Positions 37,556 through 47,333 of a stretch of 64,000 nt of DNA are shown here, piece after piece. The stretch is from an uncultured Alphaproteobacteria bacterium (GTDB lineage Bacteria > Pseudomonadota > Alphaproteobacteria > RF32 > CAG-239), in the NCBI GenBank assembly GCA_944390315.1, contig CALXPO010000024.1:778-64777 (forward strand), in the 5' to 3' direction. The stretch's first letter is position 1. Every line of letters starts with the position of its first letter. The translations under genes were made by a program, and so were the position numbers. The notes beneath the pieces were generated by a model, which saw nothing but the letters and a program-made list of their open reading frames with translations, ran no database searches and was not told the origin of the DNA.

Positions 37556-38048
37556 TCAAAAATTGTTCTATATCACAAAGTTCTTTTTTCATACTTTGAC
37601 GTTTTTGTTCCGAGATATCTTCTTTGCCCCAGTGTTCCGCTTGCCAAAGCTCTTCCAAATTAGCCGCATCAAATGCTTGTTCCGCACTGATATGTCCTTT
37701 GACTAAGGCCGCTGCCAATAATTCCGACTTCATATTCAACGAAGCCAAATAAAATGCCGCTAACTCTTTGTCTGACAAATTACTGATAAAATTTTTAAGA
37801 TTATTTAGTGAATAAGGATTTTGTTCCGGTACATTTAAATCTTTTGTCGTAATGTATTTGGCATTGATTTCTTGGTTTGCCCAACTTAAAATCGGATTCC
37901 AAAGTTCTTCTTGCTTCTTTATCAATTCATCATTATTTGCCCAAAACAACAGCGAATCCGTCGGGGCAAATTGAACTAATTTGTCTATCACATCTTCCCG
38001 ACAATTTTTGATTTCTCCAACGGCTTGTTCTAATTTTTCTCTAGTCAT
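37548..38048 (-). CDS. ATP12-family F1-ATPase assembly chaperone. Used here as an alphaproteobacterial marker.
   Basis: ATP12/ATPAF2-like sequence across the full length (FWANNDELIKKQEELWNPILSWANQ...). Confidence 0.7.
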   Translation of the reverse strand: MTREKLEQAVGEIKNCREDVIDKLVQFAPTDSLLFWANNDELIKKQEELWNPILSWANQEINAKYITTKDLNVPEQNPYSLNNLKNFISNLSDKELAAFYLASLNMKSELLAAALVKGHISAEQAFDAANLEELWQAEHWGKEDISEQKRQSMKKELCDIEQFLNE

Positions 38049-38092
38049 ATCTTAGTTCCTTTTTCAACAAATTTGCCTTTGTTGTATACAAA

Positions 38093-40351
38093 TTATTTTA
38101 AAAAGTTATTAAGTAATTTCCTGGCACCACTTTCTAACATCTTTGCCGTATCCTTAGCCGCATTTTTTCCCATGTCATAACCGCTCTGGACCGCATCTTT
38201 ACCCAAATTATATCCTCCTTGTGCCACATCTTTACCTATATTATAGCCGTCCTGAACCGCACCCTTGGCTGCATTTACTCCGTCACTGACCATATCTGAT
38301 GCCCCTTGGTAGGTTTGATATGCGGCATTCCCTACGCCGCTCGGTTTAGAAAAATAATTATCAAATGATGTCCCTTTCAAAGCTGTATAACACGGAGCCG
38401 GATCCCTATCCAAAAACATTTGAGCTCCCGTATACGCCGGTCCGGCCATCAATCCAGCAATCGTTTTGACGGCATTTCCCGTATCCAACCCGATTTTCGG
38501 TTGTTGTAATGTCCCCTTAATTTCTACCAAATTGGTCAAGGCTTGTACAATTCCGGCATCGGCAATTCCGTTGCGATAAGCATTTAACGATAAAGACAAT
38601 TTGTCATCGGGTAAATTTACCGAACCGTTGCTGACTAATGTCATTTTATCGCTGTCAACGGCTATGCCTTTTGGAAAATTAATCTTTCCTTTATTGATAT
38701 CGGCACGAACAACTGCGCATTTTAAAGAAACTTCTTCAACTTTTTTGGTATCTATTTTTAGTGCGCTTAGAAGCTGCGACACGAAATTGCCGTTCAAAAA
38801 GCTCAATTCTCCGGTTTGAAGTTCGGATTGGTTAACAATAGCAATCACTTGTCCCGTCATCGAATCGGCCAGACTTCTATATGTAGCGCCTTTGCCTTGC
38901 AAGTCGGCAAATATTTCGCTTTTTCCGCCCGAAACTATCCCGAAATCTTTATTACCTTTAACGGCAAATTCCTGATGCAGTTGTTGCAAAATCAAATCTT
39001 TGGTATTGACTTTCAAGGTTAAAGATTGAGCTGCGGCATTAACGGTTGCATTCACGTTAATCGTTCCGTCACCGATACGCAATTGTAACGGTTCTATATT
39101 CAAATTACCGTTTTTGAGTTGCCCTTTCAAATTCAAATCATTTATCGTCATTGCATCATTGACAATCAATGTCTTAACCGCCAGTTTTAAGTCGGCGTCG
39201 GCGGTCTTTAGCAAATCAAAAGGTATCCTATCATTCGGCACATATGTGCTCGCCTCGGCGGTGCTTATCAGCGACGGCAGCTTTGATGCCAACGGACTTT
39301 GCGGAGTTAAGGTGCGCAAATCGATTTTGTCACTTGTCAAATCGGCGACCGCACTCGGAATTTTGCCGCTGATGTCGGCGCTCACGCTTCCTTTGATAAG
39401 ATTGTCGGCAACATTTAAGCTCGAGATATTCAGCGCAACCGTCTGCAAATCGGCTTTACCGTCGGCAATCAATGTGGTTTCGGGAGCATTAAAGTTTCCG
39501 GCCGGATTATAAACATTAAAACTAAATTTGGCACGAAGTTTATTCATGATATCGTATAAATCGGCCTTAACCTTGGCTTTAACATTTAATGCCTCAATTT
39601 CGGCATCAACCGGCCAAGGTGATTGGCTGTCAAAAAGTCCTGCCAATGAACCTGTTATCGCCTGACCTTTAGAATTCATTCCGTCTATCGACACATCCCA
39701 GCTGACATTCATCGGACTGTTGATGCTTTGAGTTGAAAAAGTCAGCGAATTAATGGTCACAATCATCGGTTTTGCCGAGGCTGCCTCGTATTCAACCGAG
39801 CTATCGCTAATGCTTACCGAATTAATACTGATATCGGACAAAGTTCCCAAAAAAGCAGGAGCTTGCGTTTCGACCTCAGCCGCGTTTGCACTTGAAATTA
39901 GCCAACCACCTGAGACAAAACTCGTTTTAACCTCATTGCTTTTCGGTGCGGCAACCGGAGTAAAAGTCCAGTTATTCTCTCCTGAGCTTGTTGTTTGCAA
40001 ATAAATTTTTGCATTGTTCAACACAACTTTATCAACCACAATCTGCTTTTTGAGCAACGGCATAATCGAAATCTTTAGCTCCAAAGAACCGATTTCGGCC
40101 ATATTGGGATGACTTGCCCAGTCGGCATTGGCAAAGGCAACATCATTTATAACCAAAGTCGGAATTAAGGAAATACCCAAATTAGCTTCACCGTTAATGC
40201 TCAGTTTGCGTCCGGTTTGTTCATAGGCGATTTTTTCGACCAGCGACTTGTACTTATTCAAATCAAACGTTTTCAAAAAGATAAATCCGCCGACTAATAC
40301 GGCGACGACCAAAATTAAAATTATTCCCAGCAACCACTTAAAAAAACGCAT
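38093..40351 (-). CDS. asmA: AsmA-family outer-membrane biogenesis protein.
   Basis: N-terminal TM anchor plus an AsmA-like repetitive beta-rich domain. Confidence 0.8.
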   Translation of the reverse strand: MRFFKWLLGIILILVVAVLVGGFIFLKTFDLNKYKSLVEKIAYEQTGRKLSINGEANLGISLIPTLVINDVAFANADWASHPNMAEIGSLELKISIMPLLKKQIVVDKVVLNNAKIYLQTTSSGENNWTFTPVAAPKSNEVKTSFVSGGWLISSANAAEVETQAPAFLGTLSDISINSVSISDSSVEYEAASAKPMIVTINSLTFSTQSINSPMNVSWDVSIDGMNSKGQAITGSLAGLFDSQSPWPVDAEIEALNVKAKVKADLYDIMNKLRAKFSFNVYNPAGNFNAPETTLIADGKADLQTVALNISSLNVADNLIKGSVSADISGKIPSAVADLTSDKIDLRTLTPQSPLASKLPSLISTAEASTYVPNDRIPFDLLKTADADLKLAVKTLIVNDAMTINDLNLKGQLKNGNLNIEPLQLRIGDGTINVNATVNAAAQSLTLKVNTKDLILQQLHQEFAVKGNKDFGIVSGGKSEIFADLQGKGATYRSLADSMTGQVIAIVNQSELQTGELSFLNGNFVSQLLSALKIDTKKVEEVSLKCAVVRADINKGKINFPKGIAVDSDKMTLVSNGSVNLPDDKLSLSLNAYRNGIADAGIVQALTNLVEIKGTLQQPKIGLDTGNAVKTIAGLMAGPAYTGAQMFLDRDPAPCYTALKGTSFDNYFSKPSGVGNAAYQTYQGASDMVSDGVNAAKGAVQDGYNIGKDVAQGGYNLGKDAVQSGYDMGKNAAKDTAKMLESGARKLLNNFLK

Positions 40352-40371
40352 TATTATCTCCTGATTTTATT

Positions 40372-41301
40372 TTATTCCGTCATTGACAATCCGGCAGCCT
40401 GCAAACTGCTTTTGAAATGTTGCGGCAGCGGTGCGGTAATGATTGTCTTCTTACCATATAGTGATGACAAATCTATTTTATAAGCGTGCAGATGCAGTTT
40501 ATCACTAAATAAATTAAACTTTTTGCGTTCCGGACCGAAATAGCGGTCATCGCCGACAATCGGACAACCGATTGATTCCAAATGCGCACGAATCTGGTGG
40601 GTACGTCCCGTCAGCGGGGAAACCTCTATCAGTGCAAACTTTTCACCGACGTTATCCACCACTCTGTACACCGTACGTGCACTTTGCCCTTGCGGCGAAA
40701 CCATCATTTTTTCACCGATTTTTTCCAGTGGTGCTTTAATTTCACCGCTTAATTGCTTGGGACAGCCGATTGTCAAAGCCAAATAAGTCTTTTGCAGTCC
40801 GTGTTCTCTAAAGGCTTTGGTCAGAAGTTCGGCATATTTGCGATTTCGCGCCAACAACAAAATTCCGCTGGTATCCTTATCAATGCGATGTACCAACTTC
40901 GGACGGTCTTCCAATTCAAACTTCAGACCATCAAGCAGACCGTCAACGTGAAAATGGGTATTCGTGCCGCCTTGTACCGCTAAACCCGAAGGTTTGTTTA
41001 TGGCTATGATGTTTTTATCCTTAAAAATGACTAAACTGCGGATAAAATCTATTTCTTTTGCCGTTAATTCCGGATTTTTTTCGCTACCTGTTTCCGTATC
41101 TCTTAAAGGGGGAATCCGAATTTCTTGTCCAGCCGACAATTTCAAACCGGCTTCCGCCCTTTTGCCGTCAACCTTAATTTGTTTGGTTCTGAGCAATTTT
41201 TGCAAACGCCCCAAAGTCAGATTTGGATAATATTTCAAAAACCAACGGTTAAGCCGCATTCCGTCATCGGCTTCTTTTACCTTTACTAATTCTACCGACA
41301 T
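40372..41301 (-). CDS. rluC: RluA-family 23S rRNA pseudouridine synthase (RluC/RluD-like with S4 domain).
   Basis: S4 motif plus the catalytic HRIDKDTSGILLLA motif. Confidence 0.85.
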   Translation of the reverse strand: MSVELVKVKEADDGMRLNRWFLKYYPNLTLGRLQKLLRTKQIKVDGKRAEAGLKLSAGQEIRIPPLRDTETGSEKNPELTAKEIDFIRSLVIFKDKNIIAINKPSGLAVQGGTNTHFHVDGLLDGLKFELEDRPKLVHRIDKDTSGILLLARNRKYAELLTKAFREHGLQKTYLALTIGCPKQLSGEIKAPLEKIGEKMMVSPQGQSARTVYRVVDNVGEKFALIEVSPLTGRTHQIRAHLESIGCPIVGDDRYFGPERKKFNLFSDKLHLHAYKIDLSSLYGKKTIITAPLPQHFKSSLQAAGLSMTE

Positions 41302-41307
41302 GATAAT

Positions 41308-42114
41308 CTACTTTCTTCCCATCATTTCTCTTTTTAATGCCATTAGGTTGAGAACATCATCTTCGCGCCAAGCCGCGTTTGCTCGTTGGGTTAATTTTTC
41401 ACAACGTTTTATATGCTCCTCCATAGGTATTAATTCTATATTCTCTATAAATTTGTCAAAATCATCACCCGTCTTAAATGAGGGCTCTTTTTTACCAAAC
41501 TCGTATATCTCAATCGGATAGTTCTTTTCTATTGCTTGACGAACAAAATCTTCTACCGCTACCGAAACATTTAGCGAAACACTAGGCTTAACCGCCAGCG
41601 GATTTCCCGTCGGATAGCCAAACTTTTCTCTTAATGCTCTGTGCTTAGTGAAAGCATCATCCATATCCATTTTACGTTCAACAACATTCATCGCTGCTTG
41701 ATACTCATCGGCTAGAACGACTTTTGTCTTAGTCTTATATCCCATATTCTGCATATGCTCTATCATTTTTACCGTATTTTGAATAACCGAAGTATCATAA
41801 ACAATATCCATATGTTTTTTCACGGCCGCTTTATAAATTTCATTTGAAACTTTGGTCGCGAATCGACTTATATCCGAATCATAAAAATCATCCCTGATAT
41901 CGTAACCAAGCATTCTGACGTATTCGGCAATGACGTTATCCGAAGAGATAACCACCGCATTTTTGATACCTGCCGCTAAAGTTGATTTACCTGACCCCGG
42001 CGCACCGACCAAAGCATAAAATGTCGGATCCGTCGACGGTGTTTTTCCGGCCAAGGCTTTTTGCACCATTTGTTCGGTAAAGGCTTGTTGTTCATCTTCG
42101 GCTAATTCCAGCAT
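41308..42114 (-). CDS. P-loop NTPase / zeta-toxin-like kinase family protein. The start was chosen at MLELAEDEQ, 1 nt after the rarA stop. The longest ORF extends to 42198.
   Basis: Walker A (LVGAPGSGKSTLA) and zeta/AAA_33-like organisation. Translational coupling to rarA. Confidence 0.5.
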   Translation of the reverse strand: MLELAEDEQQAFTEQMVQKALAGKTPSTDPTFYALVGAPGSGKSTLAAGIKNAVVISSDNVIAEYVRMLGYDIRDDFYDSDISRFATKVSNEIYKAAVKKHMDIVYDTSVIQNTVKMIEHMQNMGYKTKTKVVLADEYQAAMNVVERKMDMDDAFTKHRALREKFGYPTGNPLAVKPSVSLNVSVAVEDFVRQAIEKNYPIEIYEFGKKEPSFKTGDDFDKFIENIELIPMEEHIKRCEKLTQRANAAWREDDVLNLMALKREMMGRK

Positions 42115-42115
42115 T

Positions 42116-43456
42116 TCAGTCCTCCTTGGGTTTATTTTTATTTTTTTCATAACGGAGTTTTTCAAAATACTCCACTCTTTTTTTGACTTCTCTCTCAAAT
42201 CCTCTTTCGACCGGATAGTAGAGTTTTTGACGGCTTATACCGTCAGGAAAATAATTTTGTCCCGAAAAGCCGTCTTCCAGATCTTGATCATAAATATAGC
42301 CTTCGTGATAGCCCAAATTTTTCATTAATTTGGTCGGAGCATTCAAAATATGTTTCGGCGGCATCAATGAACCTGTCTTTTTTGCCAAATCAAACGCTTT
42401 GTGCATTGCTTTGTATACACCTGCCGACTTGGGCGCCGTCGCCAGATAAACCGTCAGCTGCATCAAAGCCAAATCACCTTCGGGCGAGCCTAAACGCTCA
42501 TAAGTCTGCCAACAAGAGATTGCTTGCGTAACCGCATTGGGGTCAGCCATTGAAACATCTTCTACCGCAAATCGGGTTAAACGGCGAAAAATATATTTCG
42601 GGTCCTCCCCCGCATCTATCATCCGCGCTACCCAATACAGCGCCGCATCAACATCGGAACCTCGCAGAGACTTATGAACCGCCGATATTAAATTATAATG
42701 CCCGTCTCGTCCTTTATCGTATATCGGAGCTCGTGAACGAATAATTTTTAACAAGGCTTCTTTATCAAAAATTTCGCCTTCTTTGGCATAATTAAATACA
42801 CTTTCCGCTAAATTTAAGATATATCTGCCGTCACCGTCGGCGGTTGCTTTCATCAATTCACGAGCTTCGTCATCAACAGGCAATTTACGCCCGACTTCTT
42901 TTTCGGCACGTTTGAGCAATTCTTCAAAATTATCGGAACTTAATCTATTGAGTACAAAGACCTGACAGCGTGATAAAAGCGCCGCATTGAGTTCAAAGGA
43001 TGGATTTTCGGTAGTTGCACCGACCAAAATAATCGTACCGTCTTCAACATAAGGCAAAAAACCGTCTTGTTGGGACTTGTTAAAACGATGAATTTCATCA
43101 ACAAATAACAACGTCCCCTGTCCCTGATTGGCACGTCTGTCTTCAGCGTACTGAAAAACCCTTTTTAGATCAGCTACCCCGGAAAATACAGCGGAAATTT
43201 GTTCAAAATATAGATTGGTATGCTCGGCAATCAATCGTGCAATCGTCGTTTTGCCGCAACCGGGAGGTCCCCATAAAATAAATGAAGTTATTTTTCCAGA
43301 TTTTAGCATTCTTCCCAAAGGTGCATCCGGACCGACAACTTGGTCTTGACCGACGACTTCGCTTAAATCCTTCGGACGTAATCTGTCTGCCAGCGGACGC
43401 TTTATTTTTTGTGAAAATAATGTCTCTTCCATCTTCCACCTATCTCTGATATCCAC
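42116..43456 (-). CDS. rarA: Replication-associated recombination protein A (RarA/MgsA AAA+ ATPase).
   Basis: Walker A (GPPGCGKTT), Walker B (LFVDEIHRF) and a MgsA C-terminal domain. Confidence 0.9.
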   Translation of the reverse strand: MDIRDRWKMEETLFSQKIKRPLADRLRPKDLSEVVGQDQVVGPDAPLGRMLKSGKITSFILWGPPGCGKTTIARLIAEHTNLYFEQISAVFSGVADLKRVFQYAEDRRANQGQGTLLFVDEIHRFNKSQQDGFLPYVEDGTIILVGATTENPSFELNAALLSRCQVFVLNRLSSDNFEELLKRAEKEVGRKLPVDDEARELMKATADGDGRYILNLAESVFNYAKEGEIFDKEALLKIIRSRAPIYDKGRDGHYNLISAVHKSLRGSDVDAALYWVARMIDAGEDPKYIFRRLTRFAVEDVSMADPNAVTQAISCWQTYERLGSPEGDLALMQLTVYLATAPKSAGVYKAMHKAFDLAKKTGSLMPPKHILNAPTKLMKNLGYHEGYIYDQDLEDGFSGQNYFPDGISRQKLYYPVERGFEREVKKRVEYFEKLRYEKNKNKPKED

Positions 43457-45068
43457 CGCGGTCGCGAGAAGTTATCATATCTTGATTCTCTTTCTGGCGT
43501 CTTTTATTTTCTAAAACTCGACGCTTGCGTTCTTCTATAACACTGCGCAATTCTTCTTTATTGGCTCGGTTCTGCTCTCTGATTTTTGCCAAAGCCTCTT
43601 CATCCGTCGCAGGACCTTTGTCCCGTTTTTGATGTTTAAAAACTTTTTGACCTAATTTAACTAAGTTATCAACATCCATTCCCTTAAAACCACCGACGTT
43701 ATAAACACCGAAATTGCGTGCATCCCCTAAGAATAAGTCGGTAAAATCAATTCCTTTCATGCCGCCTTTGCGTGTTTTTTTCTTCGGAGCTAAAATTTGT
43801 TTTATTTCCATGGCCGAAGGTACGCGTCCCAAGGCTTGAGCAATTTGCTCGGGCGTAATAATACATTCACTCAAATCAAGTTCGGCAATATTAACACCGG
43901 TAAAATCTACTCCCGTAAAATCAACACCGCGTAAATTGAGCTTGCTTAAATCTATTTTTTTCAAATCCAGCAAAGTCAGATTAATGCGGCTCAGATTAAG
44001 TTTGTGCGGATAGTAGGTTGCCAAATATTCTATCAGTTTTTGCAGCTCTTCAAGACTGATTTCGTCCATCGTTATGTCAAGTAAAATGGCATCTTGGAAA
44101 TAGACATCAGTCAGAACAACATTATCCATTTTGGCACCGGTAAAGTTGGTACCTATCAATTGTGCGCCGGCAAAAACCGCTCCCGTCAAATCTGCTCCCG
44201 AAAGATTGGTGTTGGTCAGATTGGCTCCAGAAAAATCAGCTCCGGACAAATTGGAACCCGAAAAATTAACCCCTGACAAATTGGCTGCCGAAAAGTTGGC
44301 ATTAGACAAATCTTCGTGATCAAACTCACCGTTTTCCAAGTTTTTGCCGTTAAATTCAATATTTAATATCGGCAAATCATCTTCGGGACGACGTGATACG
44401 GCATGCCATGGATCAGGATCCCCATCGTCATCATCAGGTGGCAAAGACTTTTTATCTTCTTCATCATCGCTACCTTCGTCACCATCATCTTCTTCATCAT
44501 CGCGACGATGGTAATCGTCATCTTCATCATCATCGCTACCTTCATCACCATCATCATCTTCATCATCGCGATGGCGGTAATCGTCATCTTCTTCATCATC
44601 ACGACGGCGGTAATCATCATCTTCTTCATCATCGCGACGACGGTAATCATCATCTTCTTCATCACCTCTGCGGCGGCGGCAATCATCATCTTCTTCATCA
44701 TCGCGGCGGCGGTAATCATCATCTTCTTCATCATCGCGGCGGCGGTAATCGTTACCTTCTTCATCACCTCTGCGGCGGCGGTAATCGTTACCTTCTTCAT
44801 CACCTCTGCGGCGGCGGTAATCGTTACCTTCTTCATCACCTCTGCGGCGGCGGTAATCATATACTTTGTTATGAGCTTTCTTGCCTTCAGCCGCTTCATA
44901 TTGTACTTTTTTTCTTTTTATTCTTGATTTCTTTTTTTCGCGCGCTATTTTTTCTTGCTCTTCATCACAAATAGCAAAAGCATAATCATCGCCGCTTGAT
45001 TGCATAGCGGCTCGCGTTCTGTCCCTAATTGCTTTTAGAGCGGCAATTTTTTCTTCGTCCGTTGCCAT
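43440..45068 (-). CDS. Pentapeptide-repeat protein with an N-terminal array of highly charged 12-aa tandem repeats (DYRRRRGDEEGN / DYRRRDDEEDDD). Candidate secreted effector.
   Basis: Two blocks of A(D/N)LSG-type pentapeptide repeats. A 36-bp DNA tandem array encodes the charged repeats. Confidence 0.7.
   Translation of the reverse strand: MATDEEKIAALKAIRDRTRAAMQSSGDDYAFAICDEEQEKIAREKKKSRIKRKKVQYEAAEGKKAHNKVYDYRRRRGDEEGNDYRRRRGDEEGNDYRRRRGDEEGNDYRRRDDEEDDDYRRRDDEEDDDCRRRRGDEEDDDYRRRDDEEDDDYRRRDDEEDDDYRHRDDEDDDGDEGSDDDEDDDYHRRDDEEDDGDEGSDDEEDKKSLPPDDDDGDPDPWHAVSRRPEDDLPILNIEFNGKNLENGEFDHEDLSNANFSAANLSGVNFSGSNLSGADFSGANLTNTNLSGADLTGAVFAGAQLIGTNFTGAKMDNVVLTDVYFQDAILLDITMDEISLEELQKLIEYLATYYPHKLNLSRINLTLLDLKKIDLSKLNLRGVDFTGVDFTGVNIAELDLSECIITPEQIAQALGRVPSAMEIKQILAPKKKTRKGGMKGIDFTDLFLGDARNFGVYNVGGFKGMDVDNLVKLGQKVFKHQKRDKGPATDEEALAKIREQNRANKEELRSVIEERKRRVLENKRRQKENQDMITSRDRGGYQR
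44484..44862. repeat. In-frame 36-bp tandem repeat array of about 10 units. The last three units (44736-44843) are perfect copies. The array lies inside the pentapeptide-repeat gene.
   Basis: Direct reading: GCGGCGGCGGTAATCGTTACCTTCTTCATCACCTCT occurs three times exactly, with progressively diverged upstream units. Confidence 0.85.
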
Positions 45069-45137
45069 TTTTCACCTTTGCAATTTTTATCTGACAATTT
45101 TATATTCTAGCTTATTAATTCGTATTTTACAAATATT

Positions 45138-45695
45138 TTATATATTTTCGTCAAAAAAATCGCCACCGATAATTTTTTGAACAATATCATACCCAAAGCC
45201 TGCCCGAAGCATTGTCCTTATATCTTTCACGCGATAAAGTTTACATTGCTCTTCATCTTTACGATACGGGCCTATTTTCTTCTTACGTGCAAAATTCATT
45301 GCCGCGGCTTCTTCATCTATTTCCGAGGCTGATAATATTTTGTCAACAATTCCCTTATCAATACCCTTTTGTATCAGTTTTTGCCTAATGTAAAACTCTG
45401 ATTTTCCGGCCGCCAAATAATCCGCAATTTTTTGCTCAGCATATCGATTGTCATCAAGATATCCCCAACGTTCAAAATCATTAATAATTTCTTCAACCCA
45501 AGCAAATGCCGTTTGGCTGGAAAAATCTGAATTTTTGTAACCATATTTCAATATCCGTCTCTTTAACACGTCTCTCAAATTTTCTTTTGAAGAATCAAAG
45601 CGTTGCAAATAATATAAAGCTATATTTTGTAGCCGCTGCCGCGTCATTTTCTTTTCTCGATTGGCAAAATCACTCTTTTTTTGTTCATTTTCCAT
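45138..45695 (-). CDS. recX: Regulatory protein RecX (tentative).
   Basis: Three-helical-repeat pattern (ALYYLQRFDSSKENLRDVLKRR...) resembling RecX. Confidence 0.6.
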   Translation of the reverse strand: MENEQKKSDFANREKKMTRQRLQNIALYYLQRFDSSKENLRDVLKRRILKYGYKNSDFSSQTAFAWVEEIINDFERWGYLDDNRYAEQKIADYLAAGKSEFYIRQKLIQKGIDKGIVDKILSASEIDEEAAAMNFARKKKIGPYRKDEEQCKLYRVKDIRTMLRAGFGYDIVQKIIGGDFFDENI

Positions 45696-45797
45696 TGCAT
45701 AGAACCTATTTTTACTTGATTTTTATATTAAGGACATGTTAAACAATATAATAGATTTTACAAGTATAAACCGTATTAACAACTATGGATTAATAAC

Positions 45798-46415
45798 ATG
45801 ATTAAAAAAATTCTTTCTATATTTTGCGCCGCTGCTCTCGTTTCTACCCTTGCCGCTTGCGCTTCTACGGACGAAGCCGTTCCTCAAAAATACAATGAAC
45901 CGCGTTTTAATACCGATGGCGTAGTCAATCTTAAAGTTAATAAAGTTGAAGTTATCTCCGAATTTACTCCTTCTTTTACTCGTCCAAATGTTGAGCATTT
46001 GTTCCCCGTCTCTATTGAAAAAACTGCTAAACTTTGGGCTACTGATCGCCTCAAAGCCGTAGATTTTTCCTCCGATAAGCAAGCTACTTTTATCATTAAA
46101 GATGCCAGCGTTACCGAAGAAGTTGTTAAATCTGACAAATTATTTGAAAAAGACAGCTTGAAATATCGCGCTAAATTGTCTGTCGTTTTGAAGATTAGTG
46201 ATCCATACAATTTTTCTAGTGCCGAAACTTCTTTGGAAGCATGGCGTGAATTAACTATCCCTGTTGACACTTCTATTGAAGATAAAGAAAAATACTGGAA
46301 CAGTATGGTCGAAAAATTATTTGAAGAATTTAATGCTCGTATGCAGATGAATATTAATAAATATTTGAATATGTATATCGCAGATTCTGAACATGTAGAA
46401 GTTTACGACGAATAA
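45798..46415 (+). CDS. Hypothetical lipoprotein.
   Basis: Lipobox LAAC after a signal peptide. Terminator hairpin at 46440-46465. Confidence 0.55.
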   Translation: MIKKILSIFCAAALVSTLAACASTDEAVPQKYNEPRFNTDGVVNLKVNKVEVISEFTPSFTRPNVEHLFPVSIEKTAKLWATDRLKAVDFSSDKQATFIIKDASVTEEVVKSDKLFEKDSLKYRAKLSVVLKISDPYNFSSAETSLEAWRELTIPVDTSIEDKEKYWNSMVEKLFEEFNARMQMNINKYLNMYIADSEHVEVYDE

Positions 46416-46462
46416 TTAAAACTTGTATATCTTATAAAACCCGCTTACTTAAGCGGGTTTTT

Positions 46463-46596
46463 TTATTGCTTGCCGTAAAACCACGAGTTTACTCGAGACG
46501 AATGCTAAGGTATGTCGCTAGGCACTGCTCCACGCCAACGAACGTGGTCAAACCGTAAGGCTTGTCGCTATTATAGAACCCAGTTTACTGAGTGAT
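46463..46596 (-). repeat. Copy 3 (degenerate) of the structured dispersed repeat. It is followed by a further decayed partial copy (46597-46700).
   Basis: Alignable to 30003-30148 with the core CCACGCCAACGA(A/G)CGTGGTCAAACC conserved. Sits next to a terminator hairpin. Confidence 0.6.
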
Positions 46597-46913
46597 ACCT
46601 ATTGCTTACCTTACAAAACGCCAATTTGTTCTGTGCTGAATACTAAACTGTTGGATAAGAAAACATTCCACACCAACGAGCCTGTCATCGCTAAATTTGA
46701 GCAGCTTTTGCTCTCTGAAGCTCTCTATACTTCAAACGTAACCGCCTCATTTTCATAACGAATATAGACATATCCGCATCAGATTCTCAGAGTTTTTGCA
46801 CTCGTCCGAAAAAATCATAATATTATGTTCTTATCTTTACCAAACACAATTTAACTCAAAAAAAATCCCCGCTTTTGCAGAGATTTTTAACTGATATCTT
46901 TATTACTTTAAAA

Positions 46914-47333
46914 TTAGTTCAAAATGCTTCTTTGTTGCAAACCTGCATCAAATTTTAATATTGGCAAACTGATATTTTCGGCAATTTTGGCTGCACCTTT
47001 TAATATTTTGCAACTTCCATAGAAAACCGCATGAGCTGCTTTCAGGGGAGCCGTTGCGCTAAATTCAAAACATTCTCCGGGCTCAAGCTCAGGAATTTCT
47101 CCGCTGAACCCTTCCGAGCTGTCATTATAGCTTTGACCGCTTTCATCGGTAATATTCCAATCTTTACCGAGTAACGTTATTTTTTCATCCGAATTATTTT
47201 CAATACAGAAATAATATCCCCATAAGAATTCAGTATCAGCATGGTGCGACGCCTCTACCAATTCCGAAGCTGCGGTAATAATCAAATCACCGTTCTCCAT
47301 AACGACCATGTCTTCTGTATCTTGCATTATCAT
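46914..47333 (-). CDS. apaG: ApaG-domain protein.
   Basis: ApaG-like pattern LLGKDWNITDESGQ...GEIPELEPGECFEFSA. Confidence 0.7.
   Translation of the reverse strand: MIMQDTEDMVVMENGDLIITAASELVEASHHADTEFLWGYYFCIENNSDEKITLLGKDWNITDESGQSYNDSSEGFSGEIPELEPGECFEFSATAPLKAAHAVFYGSCKILKGAAKIAENISLPILKFDAGLQQRSILN

Noticed and set aside
42115-42198. Longest-ORF start of the zeta-like gene overlapping rarA by 83 nt
   Set aside because: The N-terminal 28 residues have no motif. A start at 42114 gives classic stop-start coupling, so the long overlap is likely an ORF-calling artefact. It is kept only as an alternative.
44484-44862. Possible CRISPR array (regular 36-bp repeats)
   Set aside because: Units are contiguous with no spacers and are in-frame coding repeats (12-aa DYRRRRGDEEGN), so this is not a CRISPR.
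44393-44974. Plus-strand His-rich ORFs (193 aa and 174 aa) and minus-strand 178-aa ORF inside the 36-bp repeat array
   Set aside because: These are alternative-frame artefacts of the tandem repeat. The pentapeptide-repeat gene on the minus strand explains the region, and these ORFs have no start or RBS context.
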